This document shows, piece after piece, positions 12,301-21,085 of a stretch of 64,000 nucleotides of DNA. Position 1 is the first letter of the stretch; every line of letters starts with the position of its first letter. Source of the stretch: an uncultured Actinomycetes bacterium (lineage in GTDB: Bacteria > Actinomycetota > UBA4738 > HRBIN12); the NCBI GenBank assembly GCA_963744515.1, contig CAVUTN010000003.1, positions 44,703-108,702 on the forward strand, written 5' to 3'. The notes under the pieces are model-generated. The model was not told where the DNA came from and did no database searches. It saw only the letters and a list, made by a program, of their open reading frames with translations. The position numbers were made by a program, and so were the translations under genes.

Positions 12301-12815
12301 GATTGGAGGCGGGCGGCAGTGTTGACCGCGTCGCCGGTCAGCATCCGGTCGCGCGGCCCGCTGGCGCGCTCGACGTCGACGAGGACCTCGCCGGCCTCGA
12401 TGCCGATCCGCATCTCGAGCGTGGGCTTTCCCTCGACGGCGAACCCGCGGTTCAGCTCGGACAGGACCGCGTGCATCTCGAGCGCCGCGCGGACCGCGCG
12501 TTCGGCGTCGTCCTCGTGCGCGCGCGGGACGCCGAAGACCGCGAGCACGGCGTCCCCCATGAACTTCTCGAGCAGCCCCTCGTACCGCGCGATCTCCTCC
12601 GCGAGTCGGTCGAAGGTGCGACCGACGATCGATTGGACGACCTCGGGATCCTCTCGTTCGGCGAGCGTGGTCGACCCGACCAGGTCCGCGAACAGCGCCG
12701 TCGCGAACTTCCGTTCCTTCCGGCGTGATCGCTCGGGCAGGAGCGGAGCGGCGCACTCGTTGCAGAACTTCGCGCCGTCGGGGTTCTCGGCGCCGCAGGA
12801 GGGGCAGGTGGTCAT
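9381..12815 (-). CDS. Large adenylate/guanylate cyclase–AAA ATPase–TPR regulator with N-terminal zinc ribbon
   Basis: Starts MTTCPSCGAENPDGAKFCNECAAP (zinc ribbon). Cyclase domain: KFATALFADLVGSTTL...GDAVLAVFGVP. Walker A: LVGPAGVGKS. Then ..ILVIATAR..EGNPLYVEEIVR.. and a long helical/TPR-like C-terminus. ATG 12815 overlaps the upstream stop in ATGA. Confidence 0.85.
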   Translation of the reverse strand: MTTCPSCGAENPDGAKFCNECAAPLLPERSRRKERKFATALFADLVGSTTLAEREDPEVVQSIVGRTFDRLAEEIARYEGLLEKFMGDAVLAVFGVPRAHEDDAERAVRAALEMHAVLSELNRGFAVEGKPTLEMRIGIEAGEVLVDVERASGPRDRMLTGDAVNTAARLQSAAEPGRTVVGPAVYATTKDVIEYRELEPLTLKGKAEPVPAWQALRIKARTRGERPRLGLESRLVGRDEELAVLKQTLRRVETEGRPALVTLVGPAGVGKSRLVAELERYVEGLPQIVYWRRGRCLAYGNTSYSAFADAIKAQCEIFEDDDAEVAAKKADAAVRELFGDEQVAPQIRTLVAAGEARGMSREDLFEAWRRFLERMAARYPLALVLDDIHWADEGLLDLIEHVADWAQGPILVIATARAELFETRPTWGGGKRNAASISLDPLSEAEGEAMLDDLLPGEIAPELRHTIVERSEGNPLYVEEIVRKLIDDGVLRATEASRWEVARSVEDVELPRSIQGLIATRLDGLPEDEKAALQDAAVVGRVFWVGAVAELTGRGVGEVRDALGRLRVKELVLPHEPSSFSDEHEFSFRHNLIRDGAYDSLPKSLRADKHAGVARWAERRAGNRADEIAELIATHQLEALGYLDELGETGERRTELERSAFDWTLAAGKRTLALWQTAEATRWFREAERLADALDLAAQDRVALARPHVEASWGTDPIPEIERVVRRAIEAYEAADDPIGVGWASGRLVMPLLMQARHDEAEGAGRAALETLEPLGEREELADALHFMGWYLWRRGRGREAEPLLRRAVEMAERVDAPLVHAESTQTLAACLSQLGRSAESLEMIEEAYRLAKENGEFSNLMRCYNNLPSIVADLGSDLPRAEAVLREGLELSQRAGAMNHEGWLAGSLGDMLLRVGDLEEAEALQRHAVELAGEMGDEPLRGMRMTALATVLLFRGKLDEAETLHRASIPVLNENPEPQSQIFIPMVEGYLALVVKDTSRAAANFARMVDQLRGFNVESVPEVFTDLARALVRAGRAAEAEGNRDLSEHGRSPAARANALLVEGLLAADPADARRLLGEGTAALEALGLRIDAARAMVDLARANAQLGEDPHPKLGRARAILLGCDARAFLFEVDDALAELDP

Positions 12816-14230
12816 CCGAGGAACAGTATCGCCGGTGCTCCGTCCCGGGCGAGACCTCCCTCTCGCTCCCTGTTCCGCTCCTGCCGCCGCCACTCCTCGA
12901 CGTCGAGTCCCTCCCACGGGTCGTAGTCGACCTCGAGGGCCTCCTGCGGCGGCCGCTCGTCCTCGGGGACGTTGCGCAGGTTCACGCGGATCCGCGTCCA
13001 CGTCGTGGAACGCCCGCGCATCGGGTCGACCATCACGTCGGCGGGTTCGAGGTAGCGACGACACCGTCGGGATGCCGCGCCTTCCAGCGCTCGAGCCCCT
13101 GCATCGCCTCGTCCTCGGTCTGGGCGCGGGCGATCTCGATCAGCGGGGCCTTGGTCCGTCGGCGGCCCGTCGGGCCGGTCTTCTTCCCGGGCGCGGGCGG
13201 CGGCACGACGCCCTCTTTCTGCGGGGTGCCGCGCCGGCGCTTCGACGGCTGCACGCGGGCCGGCTCTCCCTCCTGCTTCGCGTACTGCGGGGGCCACGGC
13301 GCGTCGCCGAACCCGGCCGCCTCGTGCTGCTCGGCGAGCTCGAGGAGCGGCTCGAGCGACCCGGCCGCCTCGTCGATCCCCTGCGAGGGATCGCCGATCT
13401 CGGCGACGCGCTCCGGCACGGTGTCGATCGTGAACGTGTCCGGCTCGGCCCCGGGAACCTCGTCCCACCCGAGCGGCGTCGACACCCGCGCGTCGGGGGT
13501 CGGGCGGATCGAGTAGGCGGAGGCGACGGTCCGGTCCTTCGCGTTCTGGTTGTAGTCGAGGAAGACGCCGTGGCGCTCCTCCTTCCACCACCGACTGGTG
13601 GCGAGGTCCGGGGCGCGGCGTTCGACCTCGCGCGCGAGCGCGAGCGCCGCGCGTCGGACCTCGGGGAACGTCCACCGGCGTTCGAGCCGCGCGTAGACGT
13701 GGATCCCGCGCGAGCCCGAGGTCTTGGGCCATCCGACGAGGCCGAACGTCCTCGAGCACCTCCTTCGTCACCATGGCGACGTCGCGGATCTGCGGCCACT
13801 CGATGCCCGGCACCGGGTCGAGGTCGACCCGCAGCTCGTCGGGATGATCGAGATCGTCCGCGCGCACCGGGTGCGGGTTCAGGTCGATGCAGCCGAGGTT
13901 CACGATCCACGCGAGCTGGGCCGCATCGCGGACCACGATCTCCTCCGCGGTTCGGCCGGACGGGAAGCTGAGCTCGACGGTCTCGATCCAGTCGGGACGC
14001 GAGGACGGGCGCCGCTTCTGGAAGAAGAAGTCGCCCTCGGCGCCGTTGACGAACCGCTTCAGCGCCATCGGTCGCCCGGCGACGCCGCGCAGCGCGCCCT
14101 CGGCGACCGCGAGGTAGTAGCGGACGAGGTCGAGCTTGGTGTGGCCGGTCGTCGGGAAGAAGACCTTGTCAGGGTTCGAGACCGTCACCTCGCGCCCGGC
14201 GACCTCGAGGATCTCCTTGCGAGCGGCCAT
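12812..14230 (-). CDS. Standalone LigD-type primase-polymerase (Prim-Pol) domain protein; ≥2 frame changes
   Basis: MAARKEILEVAGREVTVSNPDKVFFP..KLDLVRYYLAVAEGALRGV..RPMALKRFVNGAEGDFFFQKR.. then ..STPLGWDEVPGAEPDTFTIDTVPERV.. in other frames. No ligase or Ku gene is nearby. Confidence 0.6.
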   Translation of the reverse strand: MAARKEILEVAGREVTVSNPDKVFFPTTGHTKLDLVRYYLAVAEGALRGVAGRPMALKRFVNGAEGDFFFQKRRPSSRPDWIETVELSFPSGRTAEEIVVRDAAQLAWIVNLGCIDLNPHPVRADDLDHPDELRVDLDPVPGIEWPQIRDVAMVTKEVLEDVRPRRMAQDLGLARDPRLRAARTPVDVPRGPTRGARARARGRTPRPGPRHQSVVEGGAPRRLPRLQPEREGPDRRLRLLDPPDPRRAGVDAARVGRGSRGRAGHVHDRHRAGARRRDRRSLAGDRRGGRVARAAPRARRAARGGRVRRRAVAPAVREAGGRAGPRAAVEAPARHPAERGRRAAARAREEDRPDGPPTDQGPADRDRPRPDRGRGDAGARALEGAASRRCRRYLEPADVMVDPMRGRSTTWTRIRVNLRNVPEDERPPQEALEVDYDPWEGLDVEEWRRQERNREREGGLARDGAPAILFLG

Positions 14231-14290
14231 AGGGACACGATAGGAGGCCGGGGTGCCGCCCGCGACCGAGCGTCGCCGACCGGGTATCCT

Positions 14291-14482
14291 ATGCCCGTGG
14301 ACTTCTACCGCACGCAAGAGGGCAAAACGCTCCGGATCGGGGAGTCCGACGACGGGATGCTGAGCGTCGAGATCTTGAAGGACGGGGCCTGGACGGCGGC
14401 CCCGCTCGGCATGATCGGCCTGCGGCTGTCACCCGAGACACGCAGGCTGAAGGCGTCGGAGATCAAGACCCTGCCCAACTGA
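14291..14482 (+). CDS. Small conserved hypothetical protein (63 aa); paralog of 36717..36896
   Basis: MPVDFYRTQEGKTLRIGESDDGMLSVEILKDGAWTAAPLGMIGLRLSPETRRLKASEIKTLPN. It shares the FYR..GKTLRI.E...G..SV.ILKDG.W..AP.GMIGLRLSP motif with the second copy. Confidence 0.5.
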   Translation: MPVDFYRTQEGKTLRIGESDDGMLSVEILKDGAWTAAPLGMIGLRLSPETRRLKASEIKTLPN

Positions 14483-14554
14483 GCGACACGCTCCGAGGCT
14501 GCATCGCAAGGGTAGCGTGGGCGAGCGCTCGATCGCTCTCGTCTAACATCGCGC

Positions 14555-16088
14555 ATGATGCGCATCCTCCTGTGGCACGGGTGGCTTCTGGAAGGCTCGG
14601 GCTCGAACGTGGCCACCGCGCGCGTGGCCGAACATCTGCGAGCGGCCGGTCACGACGTGCTGCTCGTGTGCCAGGAGCGTCATCCCGAGCGGTACCCGTG
14701 GATCGACGCGTTCGGGGCGGTGGATGAGGGCGGGCCGTCGCAGCTGACCACAACCGGCGGCGAGCTCGATGGGGCGATGCGTCCTGCTGCGGCCAGGGAT
14801 CGGATCCATGATCCCGGTCTTCGTCATCGATCGGTACGAGGGGTTCGACGGGTCCGTCCGGTTCGTGGATCTGTCCGAGGACGAGCTCGAGTCGTACCTG
14901 CGAACGAACGTCGATGCGTTGCGGGCCGCCGCGGCGTGGCACGGCACGGAGATCACGTTCACCGGCCATGCGATCCCGGGCGCGGCGATCGGTAAGCGCG
15001 CGCTCGGGCCAGCGGTACGTGGCGAAGATCCACGGCAGCGACATCGAGTACGCGGTGCGATCCAGGAGCGGTACCGGGAGTTGGCGCGCGAAGGCCTCGA
15101 GGCGGCGCGCGCCGTCGTCGGACCGACCGCCGACGTGCTCGCGCGATGCTCGGCGCTGGTCCCGGGGATCCAGGATCTGGTTCGAATCGTGCCGCCGGGC
15201 GTGGAGGTCTCGGCGTTCCGACCGGGACCACGGACCGAGGCGTTGATGGAGGCGGCCGAGCTGCTCGACCGCGATCCGGACACCTCGCGCGGCCGCTCGT
15301 CCTCGATCGACGCCCGGATGGAGCGAGCACTCGAGGATCGGGACGCGGCCGCGCTCAACGCGATCGCCGAGACCTACGACCAGTCGGTGCCCGAACCCGA
15401 CGCGGCGACGCGGATCCGCCGGCTCGCCGGTCGGCGGGCCGATGGTCGGCTACCTGGGCAAGCTGATCCCGCAGAAGGGCGTGGAGCTGATGCTCCAGGC
15501 GCACCGGACCGCGGCGCACGCGGCGCTCGCGCTGGTGGTCGGGTTCGGCTCGTACCGCGAGTGGCTCGCCGCGCTCGCGATCGCGCTCGAACGCGGTGAC
15601 GTGACGGCGCTCTCGTGGCTGCGCGAGGCCACCGGATACCGGTCGAAGCCGAGCCGGGGCCCGCGTTCGCCGACCCCGGACGCAACGTGACCTTCACCGG
15701 CCGTCTCGATCACCGGTACGCCCCCGAGGCGCTCGCGGCGATGGACGTGATGGTGGTGCCGTAGATCCTGCCCGAGGCGTTCGGGATGGTGGCCGCCGAG
15801 GGCGCGGCCGCCGGCGCTCTCCCGCTGGTCGCCCGGCACTCGGGCCTGGGCGAGGTCGGCGCGGCGCTCGAGACCGCGATCGAGCGTCCGGGTCTGCTCA
15901 CGTTCGAGCCCGGCCCCGGGGCGGTGGCGCGGCTCGCATCTTCGCTCGACCGCATCCTGGAGCTACCCTCCGGCGAGCGCGACGAGCTGCGTCGGGCCGT
16001 GAGCGCGTTCGTCGGCCGCGAGTGGACGTGGGAGCAGACGGCCGCCGGGCTGCTCGCCGCCGCGGGCCTCGAGGGGTCAAGCGGCTAG
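14555..16088 (+). CDS. GT4-family glycosyltransferase; several frame changes plus an in-frame TAG at 15762-15764, so possibly a pseudogene
   Basis: MMRILLWHGWLLEGSGSNVATARVAEHLRAAGHDVLLV..; ..MVGYLGKLIPQKGVELML..; ..VVP*ILPEAFGMVAAEGAAAGALPLVARHSGL.. (the EX7E-type GT4 C-terminal region). Confidence 0.55.
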
Positions 16089-16125
16089 CGCTGCTCCTTG
16101 AACAGGAGTCGCAACGTTTTGTCGC

Positions 16126-17171
16126 TCAGGCCGTGCCGTCCACGAGCTCGGGGACGTCGAGGACCTCGCCGGAACGGAACGTGGCAAGGTAGGTCTCGAA
16201 GTCCCAGTCGGACAGGAACTCCTCGGCCGCCTGGCGGCCGCTGTGGAAGAGCGAGTCCTGCATCGGGTCGTCGATGTCGAAGTCGGTGGCCCGGATACCG
16301 AACGTGTCGACGAAGATCGTCCGGGCCACGGCCCGGGTCGTCGATGTGGATCTGGTCGTGGAAGCTCGTCATCGTCCCGACCATCGCGATGGCGAGGCAG
16401 AACGGTCCCGTGGACCTCGTACTTCTGCCGGGGCGCGGCGTCGGGCTTCGACGAGAGCTTGATGCCGAACGTCGGCCACCGGGGCGGCTTCCCGTCCGTC
16501 CGGTCGAACACGTCGACGGGAAGTTGGACAGCATGCCGCCGTCGACCATGTACGAGGTGACTTCCTTGCCCTGGGCGTCGCGGACCGTGAACCGGACCGG
16601 CTCGAAGAAGAACGGGATCGACATCGACGCGCGGACGGCGTCGGCGACCAGCTGGGTCGTCGGGGTCGAGCCCGTACTGCGCGTAGTCCCACGGCAGCCG
16701 GACCAGCCGGGCCCTGGTCACGTCCGAGGCCATGACGACGAGCCGGTAGGCGCTCGCGTCGGCGGCAGCGACCCGCCCGGGTCGTCGAGGCGGAGGTCGG
16801 CGAAGGTCTCGCACGCCGAGCTCGGCCAGCTGCTCGGTCCAGCCAGGCGCGCAGGTAGCCGCCCTCGTAGATGCCCTGCTCGAACAGCAGCGACGCCACC
16901 TTGCCGACAAGCCCGAGGTGATCGAGGAGGCCCTTGTCCTCGAACCGCCCGTAGTCGACTCGCGCATGCCTCCTCCAGGTCGCTCGGGGGACATGCCGGC
17001 GGCGATCAGCGCGCCGACGATCGCGCCGGCCGAGGTGCCCGCGATCCGGCGGAACCCGTAGCCGGCCTCCGAGAGCGCGGTGTACGCGCCGACCAGCGCG
17101 ATGCCCTTGACGCCGCCGCCCTCGAGCACGAGGTCAGCGTCCACTGCCTGCACCCTTGGGTTCGGCTCCAT
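16126..17171 (-). CDS. Patatin-like phospholipase; ≥3 frame changes
   Basis: MEPNPRVQAVDADLVLEGGGVKGIALVGAYTALSEAGYGFRRIAGTSAGAIVGALIAAGMS carries the GGGxKG and GTSAG motifs. The middle (..SLLFEQGIYEGGYLRAWLD..) and the C-terminus (..YMVDGGMLSNFP.. with the DGG motif) are in other frames. Confidence 0.6.
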
Positions 17172-17259
17172 CGTGGATGACCACGGGCTCGGGCCGGCGC
17201 GAGGAGGGCCGGGGCGAGGATCGGGCGGGACGGTCGACAGGCCGAAGTCCGCGGACAGC

Positions 17260-17827
17260 TTCACCCATTGGCGCTCGCCGATCGTCGGCGATTCCTTCGG
17301 GTACCGGTCCATCCGCTGCCGGGCGCTGTCGAGGTCGCGACGGCGGAACCCGCGCCTGGCGCGGGAGCGAAGCGTCGTCGCCATGTCGCGGCGCAGCGTC
17401 TCACGCAGGGCCGCGATGCGCGGCTCCGCGCGGGTCGCGTAGCGAGGAAGGTCTGCAGGCTCAGAGCACCGCCGCCAACACGCTGATCGCGCCGACTGCG
17501 AGCAAGGACCATGTCGGGATCGATCTCGAGGCCTTGGATCGAGTTGCCTTGGGCCTTGCTGATCGAGGCGAACGCGCTCGTGCCGACCAGCGTCGTGAGG
17601 ACGACAACCGGGATCCCCAGCAGCAGGTACCGACGGCGCAGCCGATCCGCCATCAACCGGTGGCCGTGCTCGGCCGCGGCGACCCGACGGTGCCACGACG
17701 CGTAGAGATCCTCCACGGAGTCGTCCCAGACGAACTTCGGGGCCGTGTCCCGTGTCGTCCTGCGTGTCGGGGTGGTTGCCACGTCGGTCCTCCTCGCCGC
17801 CGTCGCGGTCCGTCGCGGCCAGGACAT
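17260..17827 (-). CDS. Two-transmembrane SLATT-like membrane protein (tentative); frameshifted, 3' end may run into the patatin gene
   Basis: ..KFVWDDSVEDLYASWHRRVAAAEHGHRLMADRLRRRYLLLGIPVVVLTTLVGTSAFASISK.. then ..AEPRIAALRETLRRDMATTLRSRARRGFRRRDLDSARQRMDRY.. in another frame. The N-terminal helix, hydrophobic hairpin and helical C-terminus resemble SLATT-type effector domains. Confidence 0.3.
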
Positions 17828-17899
17828 CGTGACGACCCGGCCGGCGCGTGACGATGGGGAGTTCGGGTGACCGCCCGCACCCGGCGTTCGGGCTACGGC

Positions 17900-18511
17900 G
17901 GCGGAAAGGGACTCGGCGCGTGCGAGGGCGGCGGGCCCGCGTGTACGGGACGCGGAAGAAGGCGTGGACCGTGGCCCCGGCCGGGAAGACGAGGACGTTG
18001 GTCCGCGCCCACGGGTTCGCGAGGCTGAGCGAGAGCGACACGTGATCGTCCGGGGCCGGTTCGGATCGTACAGGTGCAGCGTGAGCGCGGTCCCGACGAG
18101 GTCGTACCCGTAGGCCAGCACCTGGTGGTTGCGCTTGAGCTCGAACGGATTGGACGAGATGACGCGGATCAGCCCCATCGCCGCCGGGGCCCGCCGTCGA
18201 TCTCGGCGCGGATCGCCGGCCATTCCTGCCGGATCATGCGCCACGCTCGACGTGCGGCGCGATCCCAGGCGGCTCCACACCGACTCGCCGTCGGGGAGCA
18301 CGGGGCTCATGAGCTCGAGGTAGCGGGCCGGCCCGAGCGGCAGGCCGAAGCTGTCGAAGAGCCGGTCGACCAGGTAGTCGAACAGCGCACCCTCGCTCGG
18401 CGGCTCGGTCTCCGTGGGCGGCATGTGCTCGGCCTCGAAGTAGTCCCGCGCCGCGAACGCCATCCCGCCGCACAGGCCGTTCGAGGCGTCCCCGATCGGC
18501 ACGCTCACCAC
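17900..18511 (-). CDS. Hypothetical protein with papain-like/BtrH_N-like Cys...His signature (tentative); 3' end uncertain
   Basis: MVSVPIGDASNGLCGGMAFAARDYFEAE... and ..NPFELKRNHQVLAYGYDLVGTALTLHLYDPNRP.. The Cys and His sit in peptidase-like contexts. Confidence 0.35.
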
Positions 18512-18699
18512 GCCGGGGATGCCGATCCGCCGGACGGGGACGTGCGGGAAGGGTTCGGGAAGGCGAATCCCGCCGTGCTGGGCAGGAACCCCGGGATGAT
18601 CCGCGTGGTCATCGGCGCGGGACGGTACGGGCGGCGCCGCGTCCGTGGCAGTCGGCCGACCGGGCTACGGCAGCGCGACGCGAAGGCGGATGGGGTGGC

Positions 18700-19320
18700 C
18701 GGCGGAGGAACCGGGCTAGGGATCGGCGACCTGGCGCCGTAGCTCGCCACCGTTCGGTCGAGTTCGTCGACCATCCGGTTGGGGAAGCCCCGCAAGGCGT
18801 CTACCAGCGCGGCGTAGTACCAGAGCGTCCCGTCCCGCTTCCCGCTGAAGCGTTCGAACACCGCCTCGCCGCTCTCGCGCACGTCGGCGAGGATCGAGCG
18901 CGTGTTGTAGAGCTTGTCGGCGAGCGAGACGCGCAGGGCGGCTTCGTCCTCGCGGGTTCCGACGATTCGCGGACGTGGGCGACATACGCCTCCTTGCGTT
19001 CGCGCCACGGCGGCTTGGGGTCCAGATAGGTGTCGGTGCACGCGTCCACGATGTGAGCGACGACGTCGCCGAACCGCTCGCGGATGTCATCGAGCCGCGG
19101 GCGGCCGCCCTGTATTTTCGGCCGCGTCGTGCAGGAGTGCGCCGATCACCTCGTCCTCGCTCTCGGCGCCGTTCTCCATGTCGAGCGACGCGACGCCGAG
19201 CAGGTGCGTCAGGTACGGGATGCCGGTGCCCTTGCGCGTCTGGTTCGCGTGGATCCGGTTCGCGTACCCGACGGCGTGGTCGAACCGCTCGGTCAGGCGG
19301 AACCTCGGTCCTTCGGACAC
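18700..19320 (-). CDS. HD-domain phosphohydrolase; frameshifted
   Basis: MSEGPRFRLTERFDHAVGYANRIHANQTRKGTGIPYLTHLLGVASL..ALLHDAAE.. and ..LADKLYNTRSILADVRESGEAVFERF.. in another frame. Confidence 0.55.
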
Positions 19321-19338
19321 GACCGAACGCTATCGGAC

Positions 19339-19801
19339 TCAGGCGAGCGCGGCGAGCGCGTTCGGGACCGTGGCCTCGGGCGTGACGGGTGACCACGCGC
19401 CCTCGATCCGTCCCTCCTGTCCACGAGGAACGAGGACCGGATCAGCCCGAGATAGGTCTCGCCCTTGCGGACCTTCTCGCCCCACGGCCCCCAGGCCTCG
19501 GCCGTCGCGTGGTCCGGGTCCGAGAGCAAGGGGAAGCCGAGCCCGAACTTCTCGTCGAACGCGAGCTGCTTGTCGGGCAGGTCGGCGAGATCCCGACGAC
19601 CTCCGCGCCGATGCCGGCGAGGTCCTGCCGGTGATCTCGGAGGTCGCAGGACTGGACGGTGCAGCCGGGCGTGTCCGCCTCCGGATAGAAGTACACGAGG
19701 AGCTTCTTCCCGCGGTAGTCCTCGAGACGCACGGGTGCGCCATGCTGATCGAGGAGCTCGAAGGGCGGCGCCGGGTCGCCGGGCTTCAGCGTGCTCGTCA
19801 T
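19339..19801 (-). CDS. bcp: Thiol peroxidase / peroxiredoxin (Bcp-type); two frame changes
   Basis: MTSTLKPGDPAPPFELLDQHGAPVRLEDYRGKKLLVYFYPEADTPGCTVQSCDLRD; ..GETYLGLIRSSFLVD..; C-terminal ..GRIEGAWSPVTPEATVPNALAALA. Confidence 0.7.
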
Positions 19802-20530
19802 GCTCCTACGGTACCCGTCGAGCGCCGGATGCGGCGCGACCCCTCGGCCCGAACGCTCACTGGCGCCCGATCCTCGATCTCCCACGCATGATCGAGGACG
19901 TGCCAGGCGACGCGACGGACGAAGTACCGGGGCAGCCATCGCTTGCCACCCCGCGGTCCTGGCGGCGGGGGGCCGTCGCGCGCGGTGGCCTCGAGCGCGG
20001 CGAGGACGGCCGCGTGGGTACGTTCGGCCAGGTCCCGCTTCGGGCCGGTCTCGACCTTGCTGCCGAGCATCCGGAGGTAGCTGCCCTCCGCGTCCACGAC
20101 GTGGTCGAGGATCTTCGACAGGTCACGACCTCCGCCGCGAGGGCCCTTCGCGAGCGTCGTGCCCCGGGCTGCCTCGACCGCCGCGTCGAACGATCGCCAG
20201 CACGCCTTCAGGATCGATGAGAGGCGCTTGAGCTCGGCGTCGTCGATCGGGCGCGCATCAGCCTTCGGTGCGATCGATGGAGCGCCGAAGTCGGTGGTGG
20301 CGTCGCCGTGGAGGCGTTCGACGACGCGAAGCGCGGAGGGGTCCTTCGGCGTCTCGAACCCGAGCCTCGTGCCTCGCAGCACCTTCGCGTAGCGGCGAGC
20401 CGAGTCCCGGAGCGCCTCGAGAGCGGCATGCTCGTCCTTCCCGCCGGCACCACCCGGGCCAGTCGAGGGAGCCGGCGAACGCGCGTTTCGCGCCGATCTC
20501 CAGGTACGTCGGGATCTTCGCGGGACCCAT
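19798..20530 (-). CDS. Hypothetical protein, DinB/DUF664-like (tentative); frame change near 20385
   Basis: MGPAKIPTYLEIGAKRAFAGSLDWPGWCR.. then ..LRGTRLGFETPKD...WLPRYFVRRVAWHVLDHAWEIEDR. Confidence 0.4.
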
Positions 20531-20568
20531 CGCTCGCAGCGTAGCGGTGGGTCCCGCGGACCGTTCCG

Positions 20569-20919
20569 CTACCTCCAGGCGCTACGCCGGGAGCCGGCGC
20601 GTACGAGCAGCACGAGCAGGACGGCCACGCCGATCGACGCGAGCCAATCGACCCCCGACGTCTCCTTGAAGAAGGCGCCGGCGAGCCAGCCACCCAGGAC
20701 GGCGCCGATCACGCCGATCACGAGCGTGCCCAGCAGGCCGACGGGGTCTCGGCCCGGTACCAGCAGCCTGGCGACCAGACCCACGATCACCCCCACGAGG
20801 ATGTAGCCGAGGATCGAGCCGATGTCGGTGTCGAGGCGGAGGTTGTCGCCCTTCGCCGCGATCAGCGGAACGGCGGCGAGCGCCGCTCCCATGCGCTCCG
20901 GTTCCAGGACCGGTCTCAT
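20569..20919 (-). CDS. GlsB/YeaQ/YmgE-family transglycosylase-associated membrane protein
   Basis: ..IGSILGYILVGVIVGLVARLLVPGRDPVGLLGTLVIGVIGAVLGGWLAGAFF... Confidence 0.6.
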   Translation of the reverse strand: MRPVLEPERMGAALAAVPLIAAKGDNLRLDTDIGSILGYILVGVIVGLVARLLVPGRDPVGLLGTLVIGVIGAVLGGWLAGAFFKETSGVDWLASIGVAVLLVLLVRAGSRRSAWR

Positions 20920-21085
20920 GGCGCACCTCCCGTGTCCTCGACGGGGTACCCGTGGCCGCGGCCCCTCAATCGTCGCGGTGGAGAGCGTCTCCGCGTACGC
21001 GAGCAACCGAAGGGGTAGGAGGTTGGCGGCCGGATCGATCGCGGTTGGGCCGGGACGAGACGTCCCGGACGAGAGAGGGGTACCG

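Noticed and set aside
15170-15190. A GGTTCGAATC T-loop-like motif suggesting a tRNA.
   Set aside because: It lies inside the GT4 glycosyltransferase coding frame (…LVRIVPPG…). No acceptor or anticodon stem complementarity could be built around it, and no other tRNA-like structure was seen in the window.
17261-18041. The SLATT-like and patatin reading frames treated as a single fused gene.
   Set aside because: One frame reads through from the 2TM protein into MEPNP…, but given the many indels in this region a separate stop may have been lost. It is reported as two genes and the fusion possibility is flagged in the findings instead.
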